From assembly GCF_035084215.1 (NCBI RefSeq), contig NC_090351.1:11532001-11596000 (forward strand): 64,000 nucleotides of DNA. Direction: 5' to 3'. The notes under the pieces are model-generated. The model worked only from the letters and a program-made list of their open reading frames with translations, was not told the origin of the DNA and made no database searches. The translations under genes were made by a program, and so were the position numbers. The stretch comes from Heptranchias perlo. Lineage: Eukaryota. Positions 53,370 through 64,000 of this stretch are shown here, piece after piece; position 1 is the first letter of the stretch, and every line of letters begins with the position of its first letter.

Positions 53370-54470
53370 ACAGCTATTGAAAAAAGGCCACAAAACAGAC
53401 ACAGGTAACTACAGACCTATTACTCTCACCTCAATTCCACATGAAATTATAGAATCAACTAACAGAAGTGAACTTAAAAGATTACTGTACAGCAACCAAC
53501 AAGTAAACAGCAGTCGATACACTTCAGAAGCGGCAATAACCTATCTGATCAACCTCCTTGGCCTCTATTCAAAAGACAACCCAAATGGACTGTAGTAAGC
53601 CTGCAAATGTTATGTACTTAAGACTTCCATAAGGTATTTGATAAAGTTCTACACAAAAGGCTACTAGTCAAGCTCAGGATAAAACTTGGGAATGGATAAG
53701 AAATTGGCTTAGGATAGTAAACAGCAACTTGAATTTATAGAGCACCATTAATGTAATGGTTACAAGAAACATATTTGGGTGGGATATGGGAGAAATGCTG
53801 AGTGGGTGCCACAGGGCTCAAAGTTGGGACCACTACTGTTTCTGAATTACATTAATGACTGAATCAGAACCTTAATGCAAATTGTTCAAATTTGCAGAGG
53901 ATACCAAACTTTGGTGGGGGCAGGGGGGGCAGTGGAATCAAAGGCAGTAGCTCAGAAATTACAGAACGAGTTAAACAAAATGCTTGAGTAGGGAGAACAA
54001 AGGCATACTAAATCTAATGTGGATAAGTGTAAAGTGCTGCACACAGGAAGGAAAAATGGGCGAGATGCTTATTCCATGAATGGCGTTGAAACAGTTAAAT
54101 TGAGACACCCAGGAGTTTTAGGCTGCCAACCAATGCAGAGCAGCAATCAACAAGGCCAACAGAATGTTGAACCACATAGCTAAACCAGTAATAGTCAAAG
54201 GAAGCTGTGATCTGGTCAGATCACACTGTGACTACTGCGCCCAGATCTGGTCGCTAAGAACCAAGGGAGACATTCAGGCCCTGGAAGCAGTGGAGACAAG
54301 ATCCATGAGGCTGGCCCTTAATGTCAACGGGCTCAGTGTGATGAAAGGAGACATTTGAGAGTTAACTATATTTTATATCTCTGTAAGGTTAAGGGAATGG
54401 AAAACATTAATCCAGAAAATTATTAAATTAAAATGTGGGAGTAGGACAGGGGGGGCCACAGGTTCAAACA
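53370..54470 (+). mobile_element. Heavily decayed CR1 RT region
   Basis: KKGHKTDTGNYRPITLTSIP; DFHKVFDKV; VPQGSKLGPLLFLNYIND; KFAEDTKL. Confidence 0.8.
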
Positions 54471-55873
54471 AAAATTGTATTTTGCAACTGAAGGAACCAA
54501 TCCAGGTCCCGTCCGCCCAATTTCCAGATTAGCTGGAGGACATTGCTGATGCGCATCTGTTCAGAAAACCTTATGCAAACTAGTGACCTTGGTGACAAGC
54601 ATGCTATTCCACATTTACTGCCTAATTAAGGGATGTACTGTTCATAACTGTATGGCATTACTGAAGTCACAAACCTATATCCTAACTATACAACCACCAT
54701 AAAGTGTTTTTTTTTTACTCACTTTCCTAACACTCCCATCTACCTGAATCCACGCTTGCACCACTATTAATCAAATTTAATTCTTAACTATGTGGCAGCA
54801 TTCCCAATCCTGATCCAGGACTCCCTGTTGGAATTGCACACATGTTAACACTGCATAGGGTCTGGCTTGGCTCCAACAGTTCAGAGTAATTCAGCAAGCC
54901 AACACTTGCTGTATAAGGCTCACATATAGGGGTTTCTCAATGTCTCGATGAGTAATGCACTATCCAGTACGGTATTACTTAGCCACAAAGAACGAAAACA
55001 TTTCACGTTCCACCCGGCAGTGCAGTTAACTGATCTCAAGCTAGGGGAGGAAACAGATGGGGGAAATGGTCACATTCAAATACCACCATTTAGATGTCAT
55101 TAGGCCACTGCTTATGGAGTCATATCTTAGCATGAGTTTCCACCTCCTGTAGCAAGGTGAGAAAATCATGAAAAAGTACAAATCATGCAGCAAGACACTT
55201 GTTGCACATGGAGTTACATCTAAAGTTAACAGGATTCACAGATAAAGCCCCGAGATGACGGTGCAGGATTTTCAGTCTCTATTCACACTAACAGACAAGC
55301 AATTACACACTCCTGTCCTTGGCTTCCACTCCAAGAATTTTATAAGATCACGCTAAAGTCAACTGCAGGTTAAGGGAGCACCTAAGGAACCTCACTTTGG
55401 TTCAGGTTTGAATTTAGACCCACGACAACGAGTTCATATGGCAAGAGTGCGAGAACAAGGAAAAGTAATTCCAGTATTCTTTAAAAAGACAGGGCAAGAG
55501 AGAACTCATTAGCTGGGGTGAGTTCATTATTTCTCAAATTGATCAGTTAACACTGCAGAGAAGTAATTTAAAAAAGATCAGACAACTTTTCATTTGCTGC
55601 TGTCCTTAGAATATACAAATTAGTTATTCATATACTGATTTATAGTCAAAGGGGGTAGACTTTTTGAAGTTCTGGAAGTGAAGAGAAAACAATCATAAAT
55701 TTAAGCTACCAAGTATCCAACAATTTGTTCCATTATATATAAATCCTATGTCTGGCTTCAGAACACACACTAAGACCAGATTCAGCCGCATTACTTAAGT
55801 TAAATGTCAACCACACAATACTACTGCTAACCCGACAATGATCAATAAAAAAATTACATTGTGCAATACTTAC

Positions 55874-55945
55874 GGGGTGCAGTCCGTCTGTAAGTGTCTC
55901 TGTCAGCTTCACCGCGAAGTCGAGCTGGACGCTCCTCACCCAGAC
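55874..55945 (-). CDS. RPS10: RPS10 coding exon 3
   Basis: (G)LGEERPARLRGEADRDTYRRTAP; CAG/GTAAGT. Confidence 0.94.
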
Positions 55946-56064
55946 CTGCAAAAAGTTTCATAATGTTACTACCATAGTCCAGATGCTAGATTTTAAAAAG
56001 TCAAATGTTTCTAGAAGCTACAACTAATACACAAAATTTGCTTTGAAGATAAAAGATTAGAAAA

Positions 56065-56490
56065 AATGACCTTGCATTTATACAGCGTTATTCATGTCCT
56101 CAGGACATCCCAAAGTACTTCACAAGCAATAAAGTACTTTTGAAGTGTAGTCACTGTTGTAATGCAGGCAAACACACCAGCCAGATTGCACTCAGCAAGG
56201 CCCAAAAACAGCAATGAGATAAATGGCAAGATAATCTATTTTAGAGATGTTGGTTGAGGATCAAGACACCGGAAGAATTCCCCTGCTCTTCTTTGAATGG
56301 GACCATGGGATCTTTTACATCCACCCGAGAAGTCAGATGAGGCGCGGTTAATGTTTCATCCAAAAGACTCCGCTAGTGCAGTACTTCCTCAGTATCAGCC
56401 TAAATTATGTGTTCAGTCTATGGAGTGGGACCTGAACCCATGACCTTCTGATGTAAAGGTGAGAGTGCTGCCACTGAGCCAAGGCTGATA
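56065..56490 (-). mobile_element. Deu-domain SINE
   Basis: Reverse-complement similarity to 45460-45908; head TGGCTCAGTGG...GGTTCAGGTCC. Confidence 0.8.
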
Positions 56491-57821
56491 TTAAATAAGA
56501 TCTTAACCATTTGTGGAACTACAGGGGGTCAACTAATACTGAAGCAACTGGTATGCAGCATTGTAACACAAAGCAACCATCTTAACAACACTAGGGCTGA
56601 TAGTACAATTAGGCCAGTGATGCAATAGACGACTTAAGGCAGGGGTCTGGGGATTTTCATACTGCAAGCCCTGCTTATCTGTCCCAAAAAGCCCAGGTGA
56701 CACATGTAATATGCTCCTGAAAGAACGGGGAAATTCAAATAGTAACAAATATAAAGTTACTTTACAACTTAGCTTAGGGTGAGAATGCTTTGATTTTTTT
56801 TACTCATACAAGTTTGTAATGCAGCAACAGGGGGTAGGGGGAGAAGGACACAAAAAAGATTGTGCCTTAATACACACTGCTTGAACTGGGGGTTCTGCAT
56901 AGTCATTGTTCATTAGTAGCACCCAAGGCTCTATGTCACACAACAAAGTGGCCCTAGATGACAAAGGACAAAGTTTGGACAACCTTGATTTAGATGGACA
57001 GAATCTTGGTGTAAAGTGGGTTCTAAAATTACAGCACACAAGGAAACTGTTCTACACTATATTTGAACATTTTATATAGTGCATCACCACATTTCCCATG
57101 AAATGTCTCAAAGTACTTCATGTACAGTCAATTACTTTGAAGTATAGCAACCTCGTGGGCAAATCCAACAAAGATTTGTTTGACAAACAGTCTGGCCTGT
57201 GAAACAGACAGATGCAATATGCCGGTAACACCACCAAAATGAGGCACAACTTAAGTATAAAACATTGGCAAAATAAGTTGAGCACCATGTACTGTCAATC
57301 ACAGTTTCAAAAGCGTGATCAGAGAATTTTAATATCTGGGGAATATAAAATCTCACATTCTAAACACTACTAAATCACAACCAAGCTCAAGTTATTTACT
57401 TCCTTTCATCTCTGATCAAAATAGGCTGCAGACCTGTTAAATGGCCTTCATCAATCCTCTGAGTGGGCTGCTTTGTTGTGCAGGAGGTGCTTGGGTAAAT
57501 TTGCTCTGCTTGTGGGGAAGCATCCAGAGATTGGAACTCAAAGGTAACAGTGGATCTGAAACCATAGAACTTTTGAGCTCCAACATACTGTGCTACCATT
57601 TATATTTCTCGGGCAGCATGCTACACAGCCTTAATATAACATGTCCCCTCAAAGCTTGTCATCGTAAGTTCACAATCTTTGCTCTGCTCGCAGGAACGGT
57701 ACTGGGCAGGCACCGGGCACGTACCATTAGAAAGGAGAGTTACTCCAGAAACCACCATCAGTAGGTTACACAGCAGCATTAGCACAAGCCCAGGAAACTG
57801 TCCATTTACTTAGGATACTAA

Positions 57822-58108
57822 GGCATTAGGAACAAGATCAGGCCATTTAGCCCCTTGAGTCTGTTTCACCATTCAATTAGATCATGGCGGATCTATATCT
57901 TAACAACATCTACCCGCCATGGTTCCGTAACCCTTAATACCCTTGCTTAACAAAATCTATCAATCTCAGTTTTGAAATTTTCAAATAACCTAGCCTCCAC
58001 AGCGTTTTGGGGATAGAGTTCCAGATTTCCACAACCTTATGTGTGAAGAAATGCTTCCTGATATCAGCCCTGAACAGCCTAGCTCCAATTTTAGGGTTAT
58101 GCCCCCTA
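57822..58108 (-). mobile_element. CR1 3' tail fragment
   Basis: Closely similar to 5260-5535. Confidence 0.8.
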
Positions 58109-58798
58109 TTACGGGCTGATTAAAATATAAACGTCACTCACAACCATTACCCTTATAACTTCTATGATGACAACACAACCTTATTTTGGTTTGGATCAAT
58201 ACACAACAGTAACGGAGAAGCCTGTTTTGAGCTGGATGTATAGGAATCTTGTCACACAGGTGCTGTTGCCGCTTCAGCTGGAAAGTGAGGCTTAATAAAA
58301 TAACCCCGAGAATGCCCATTATTAATTGCTACGGACACAACCTTACCATAAAAAAATGTACAAAACCATTACCAGCTTCTCAACATAGATCCTTTCTGCC
58401 TGGGGCCTTCAGGGTAGCAATTCTGCAATTTTGTTTTTTATTCCTATCTACCCCTATGATCTTCATTTTTTCTTTCCCCAGTTCATTTTTCCTGACACAA
58501 TGACTCAAGGTGAATGTGTTCGCCAAGCCCTATTTGACCTCAGGGTAAAAAAAAAACAAGAGTTGACAGACATGTCATCTGGAAAGAAAGGCCCCATCGA
58601 GAAATCTGCAACCATTATTCCAAATCTGCCTACTTCCCGATGGTATTGCACTAACATTAGGCACAGGAACCAATGAAATAGCAGCACTGCAAAATGAAAA
58701 TTGATTATAAAGTGCTGTGTTTAAATGTACATAATTGGAGCCCCAGTCAAGCTTGTATGCTTTTGGCAATTGAGGATTAAACATGAGTAATGTTTTAC

Positions 58799-58973
58799 CT
58801 TTAGGCCTTGGCCTGGCAGTCTCAGGACGGGTCTGACGACGTAGAGTAGCAGGAACAATTTCTGGAGGAAGGTGAAGGTAGTCACGCAGGTACTGGATGC
58901 CCTCATTAGTCAAGTACCAGTAGAAGTGCCGCCAAGCAAACTGCTCCTTTACGTAGCCACGAGATTTCAAAGA
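58799..58973 (-). CDS. RPS10: RPS10 coding exon 2
   Basis: [58 protein letters not shown]; CAG/GTAAAA. Confidence 0.97.
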
Positions 58974-59894
58974 CTGCACATCAAGAACAATTGGGGGAAC
59001 TTTAGTGTCAGATTTTCCCAACTTGTTTTTCAAAATGATTCCTTCATGCATAACACACAACAGGATTCTGAATCATTGGCTCCGGTAAAGCAAACTAAAG
59101 AGACAGACATGCAGCTTTTGGGCTAAAGCAGGAATCAATCGTTTTGTTCTAATATCCAAGGTGTACTTTCCCTTGTTACCAGTCTAATTCTCAAGTTACT
59201 AGTTCATATACTGTAATGCATAGGTTTACAAACTGGCATCCCCAGAACCTAAATGATCCATGAGATAGTCCACCAGGTCATCAGATTTCTGTTTTCAACC
59301 GTAGGGTTTTTAAAACTTATTAACACATTATTTCTGTTGCTGCATATTAATTCAAAAAAGTTCTCTGCCATGATTGGACTATTTTCTTTTGGTAACTGAC
59401 ACTGTCTTTTTGAATTGAGGCAAAGGTATCACCAGGACTGTATCAATATTTGGAGGAATGAGATAGAATGCTGTTGTGAATAGATATTTCTGTGGTTACT
59501 CAAGACTGCTGCTGGTAGATTCCTCCTTTTTAAGTTTCTTTCCTTTTTCTATTGCTGCTTGTTAATTCTGGCTACAAATGATGAACTGGAGTTCAATATT
59601 GTCCCTTGTATGAATCTCAGGCTATACATTCACTGCTCCGGATTTCTCAAATATTTTCTGCTGGTCTTCATCTGAGCACCTTGGACTAGTGGAATATTCT
59701 ACCCACGAGTCCAGAATACCCTCAAAGCACTTCAACAGTCATTAGATCTTTGCAAAGATTGAATAACTGATGAGGTATGTATGTGCTATCTTTTGATTAC
59801 TTTTGTAAAAAAAAAATGGAATAATGCAGGACAGCATGCAATCATGCCGAATTGGAAATAGCATCTATGGCTGAACTTGCCTAAGCTTTTGTTA

Positions 59895-60104
<210 letters not shown>

Positions 60105-60149
60105 CTAATTTGTTTGCACCCTAATTATCAGCTGATCTCTCCCAATATT

Positions 60150-60450
60150 ACATAGAATATACAGCACAAAAACAGGCTATTCAGCCTAACAGGTCCATGC
60201 CAGCGTTTATACTCCACACAAGCCTCCTCCCTCCATACTTCATCTAACCCTATTGGTATATCCTTCTTTCCTTTCTCTCTCATTGTGTTTATCTAGCTTC
60301 CCCTAAAATGCATCTATGCTATTCGCCTCAACTACTCCTTGCGGTAGCAAGTTCCACATTCTAACCACTCTCTGGGTGAAGAAGTTTTTCCTGAATTCCC
60401 GATTGGATTTATATTTATGGCCCCTGTTTCCAGTCTCGCACAAGTGGACA
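60150..60450 (-). mobile_element. CR1 3' tail fragment
   Basis: ACATAGAATATACAGCACAAAAACAGGCTATTCAGCC terminus; reverse strand FFTQRVVRMWNLLP. Confidence 0.75.
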
Positions 60451-61241
60451 CCTTGCATTACCATATGAATACATTCACTAATAACTTTTCATACCTTTTA
60501 TATTATGCATTTAGTAAGTATATCCTAAAACTTTTATACTACTACTGAAAGCTGTATCTTGTCTGCAAGACAACAAATTCACACAACCTAAAATAATAGA
60601 CAATGTAATCACAATGGATTATGCTGGTTTTAGGTTTATTAGTTTATTTACAGATAAAATATGATCCCATCTTGTAGTTTGAAATATATAGTGTAACAGG
60701 GCTACTACAAGGTAAACTTGAGAATACAGCCACTACAGCCAAGTTATGGTCTTTTGGAGACTACCAGAATCGCGGGTTTTTTGCTAAGTGCTCTTTGGTT
60801 ACTGTTCATATTATACATGATATTAAATGCTCAGCACCCTCAGTTACAATAACTCATCTTTAATACACCGTACTACAAGAACATTTCCTGCTAGTGATGA
60901 CAAGCAACTTGCATAAAATTTCAATTTAACTCTCAATCTTAATGGCAACAGCACAAAGTAAACTAAACGAACACCGTTACAGCCACGGTAGATTTTACAG
61001 AAATATTTTACTGTAACTTTTACTCATAGGATTGATGCAGCCTGAGGCCTAACCTCTCCCTACATCACCACAACCGGTAAGCAACTTATAATAAGTCATC
61101 CAATGAACATATATCAAGTTATGGAAATGATTGAGTGAATAAATGCAGATGACGTGTGTGAACCATTACTGAGCCCCTGAAGGTTAAAGTAAGTGAGATG
61201 TCACAGATATTTAAGGATTTCGACAGTCACGGTTTACATAC

Positions 61242-61281
61242 CTTGAGTTCTTATAATGGGCCTAAAGCTCGAAAGGCAGAG
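61242..61281 (-). other. RPS10: RPS10 non-coding exon 1 with 5'-TOP/TCT-type start
   Basis: Reverse strand CTCTGCCTTTCGAGC...CTCAAG|GTATGT; pyrimidine start typical of ribosomal protein genes. Confidence 0.75.
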
Positions 61282-61760
61282 CATGCGCACTCGCAGCCCC
61301 TTCTTCCCTCAGTGAGGGCCTCCGAACGGAGCCTGCCCAAGACGCCTGATTGAAATTAAACGTTTTTCTTTTCGAACAAAATTTAAAATCCAACTTTTTG
61401 AGCAGTGTTTAGCAGAAATAAAAGATGGTTATTTTCCAGCCAAAGTAAAAATACGGCGGTTTGGTCAGGAGCAGCAGCGGGTCTCTAAGGTGAGCCGTTA
61501 GTCCTGATTTAAACGAGCTGTGGCGGCTGCGCGAGCAGCGGGCGGTTCAGGTAAGTCTGGTGGTGGTGGTGATGGTGGTGGTGATGGTGATGGAGGGTTT
61601 GGGTTGAAGTTGTAGTTGCAGTGTTGTGGGGAGGATGGAACTTTTTCCATCTCTTAGTTTAACGAGCGGTTCGGTTCGGCTAGGCCGCGGCGCCTTTTGG
61701 GAGTTGTAGTTCCTGTGGTCAGTGACTCGCCTTTGACCACTGCCCTGGAGCATCACTGTC
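61282..61760. promoter_or_regulatory. CpG-rich, probably bidirectional promoter
   Basis: NRF1-like GCATGCGCA near 61281; ZNF143/SBS-type TGGGAGTTGTAGTT at 61698-61711; plus-strand donors at 61490 and 61551. Confidence 0.65.
61558..61593. repeat. (TGG/TGA)n trinucleotide repeat
   Basis: TGGTGGTGGTGGTGATGGTGGTGGTGATGGTGATGG. Confidence 0.85.
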
Positions 61761-62271
61761 ACCCAGGGGAGTGAGTGACATTTATTAGCAGCCAGGGTGA
61801 CCCGAGATATTAAACCCATTCAAAAGTATGGATACAGGTATGAATATGCTGGGAATCTGCAATGGTAAGAGTAAATGCTGGAACTACACAGCAGGTGTAA
61901 CACAACACTGGTAAATGGAAAGGGCAGATTAACCTTTCTGAAGTGTACCTTTGGTCAGAACTGAAAACTAAAAAATATGTTTAAGCAGTGTTTATTTTTT
62001 CAAGAGTGATTTACACCATAGAAGCTTTGGAAAATACACGACTGGAAAAGGCTGCAATCCATCTTGCTGGTGCCAAAATCTAATATCCCTCAATTGCCCA
62101 GTTCCTTCAACTATCTGTAGTTCTCCCTTAATTTTTTTCCACAATATCCGCCTCTGTCCCGTTTGTTCCACAGGTTAATTACTCTCTGCGTAAAATAGTT
62201 AAATGCAAACTGCCTGTACACCTTCCTTTCCCAAGCTTGAACCCATGTCTCCTGGTTGTACAATTTTTTTA

Positions 62272-64000
62272 ATATTATTCGTTCATGGGATGTGTGTGTC
62301 ACTGGCAAGGCCAGCATTTATTGCCTATCCCTAATTGCCCTTGAGAAGGTGGTGGTGAGATGTCTTCTTGAATCGCTGCAGTCCAAGTGGTGAAGGTTCT
62401 CCCACAGTGCTATTGGGTAGGGAGTTCCAGGATTTTGATCCAGTGACAATGAAGGAACGGCGATATATTTCCAAGTGTGACTTGGAGGGGAACATGCATG
62501 TGGTGTTGTTCCCATGCGCCTGCTGCCCTTGTCTTTCTAGGTGGTAGAGGTCGCGGGTTTGGGAGGTACTGTCGAAGAAGCCTTGGAGAGTTGCTGCAGT
62601 GCGTCCTGTGGATGGTACACACTGCAGCTATGGTGTGCCGGTGGTGAAGGGAGTGAATGTTTAGGGTGGTGGATGGGGTGTCAATCAAGCGGGCTGCTTT
62701 ATCCTGGATGGTGTCGAGCTTCTTGACTGTTGTTGGAGCTGCACTCACCCAGGCAAGTGGAGAGTATTCCATCGCACTCCTGACTTGTGCCTTGTAGATG
62801 GTGGAAAGGCTTTGGCGAGTCAGGAAGTAAGTCATTTGCTGCAGAATACCCAGCCTCTGACCTGCTCTTGTAGCCACAGTTTTTATGTGGCTGGTCCAGT
62901 TAAGTTTTTGGTCAATGGTGACCCCCAGGATGTTGATGGGGGATTTGGCAATGGCCCTGGGGCTGAGATGATTGGCCTCCAACAACCACTACCATCTTCC
63001 TTTGTGCTAGGTATGACTCCAGCCACTGGAGAGTTTTCCCCCTGATTCCCATTGACTTCAATTTTACTAAGGCTCCTTGGTGCCACACTCGGACAAATGC
63101 TGCCTTGATGTCAAGGGCAATCACTCTCACCTCACCTCTGGGATTCAGCTCTTTTGTCCATGTTTGGACCAACGCTGTAATGAGGTCTGGAGCCGAGTGG
63201 TCTTGGCGGAACCCAAACTGAGCATCGGTGAGCAGGTTATTGGTGAGTAAGTGCCGCTTGATAGCACTGTCGACGACTTTGCTGATGATTGAGAGTAGAC
63301 TGATGGGGCGGTAATTGGTCGGATTGGATTTGTCCTGCTTTTTGTGGACAGGACATACCTGGGCAATTTTCGACATTGTCTGGTAGATGCCAGTGTTGTA
63401 GCTGTACTGGAACAGCTTGGCTAGAGGCGCGGCTAGTTCTGGAGCACAAGTCTTCAGCACTACAGCCAGGATGTTATCGGGGCCCATAGCCTTTGCTGTA
63501 TCCAATGCACTCAGCCGTTTCTTGATATCACGTGGAGTGAATCGAATTTCCTGAAGACTGGCTTCTGTGATGGTGGGGATATCGGGAGGAGGCCGAGATG
63601 GATCATCCACTCGGCACTTCTGGCTGAAGATGGTTGCAAACGCTCAGCCTTGTCTTTTGCACTCACGTGCTGGACTCCGCCATCGTTGAGGATGGGGATG
63701 TTCACAGAGCCTCCTCCTCTCGTTAGTTGTTTAATTGTCCACCACCATTCACAACTGGATGTGGCAGGACTGCAGAGCTTTGATCTGATCCGTTGGTTGT
63801 GGAATCGCTCAGCTCTGTATATAGCATGTTGCTTCTGCTGTTTAGCGTGCATGTAGTCCTGAGTTGTAGCTTCACCTGCTCATTTTTAGGTACGTCTGGT
63901 GCTGCTCCTGGCATGCTCTCCTACACTCCTCATTGAACCAGGGTTGTTCCCCTGGCTTGTTGGTAATGGTGGAGTGAGGAATAGGCTGGGCCATGAGGTT
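62272..64000 (-). mobile_element. LINE of the same family as 1-913, RT region with an internal deletion; continues beyond the window
   Basis: ORF 62912-63610 KAMGPDNI...NYRPISLLSIISKV...QFGFR...ALDIKAAF; ORF 62410-62985 LGVTIDQKLNWTSHI; tail CCCATGAACGAATAAT. Confidence 0.92.

Noticed and set aside
60890-61185. Box C/D-like motifs (TGATGA, CTGA) in RPS10 intron 1
   Set aside because: They are on the strand opposite RPS10 transcription, with no terminal stem or proper spacing
61845-61965. Possible seventh hammerhead in a degenerate minus-strand PLE fragment
   Set aside because: The core is mutated (CTGACCA, stem II lost); only a relic

Overview
This is vertebrate genomic DNA, most likely a shark or other cartilaginous fish (inferred from the repeat families: CR1/HER1-like LINEs, Deu-domain SacSINE1-like SINEs and Penelope-like elements). 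It holds a complete 9-coding-exon TTLL1-family tubulin polyglutamylase gene (+, 24178-43913, 421 aa) and a complete RPS10 gene (-, 48440-~61276, 163 aa) that converges on it. It also holds the 5' end of a minus-strand gene that is probably BAK1 (first coding exon 5912-6005, CpG promoter near 12.3 kb) and a probable divergent plus-strand first exon beside the RPS10 promoter. The rest is dense with decayed retroelements and TIR elements. Three things stand out. (1) The order BAK1(-)/TTLL1(+)/RPS10(-) mirrors human BIK/TTLL1/PACSIN2, suggesting a retained whole-genome-duplication TTLL1 paralog and a BAK1-BIK ohnolog link. (2) There are six minimal hammerhead-ribozyme motifs from two Penelope-like families, including a perfect 170-bp palindrome with back-to-back hammerheads. 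(3) A TSD-flanked inverted insertion has a junction at the predicted ribozyme cleavage site. Repeat boundaries are approximate; exon boundaries were read from splice signals and frame continuity.
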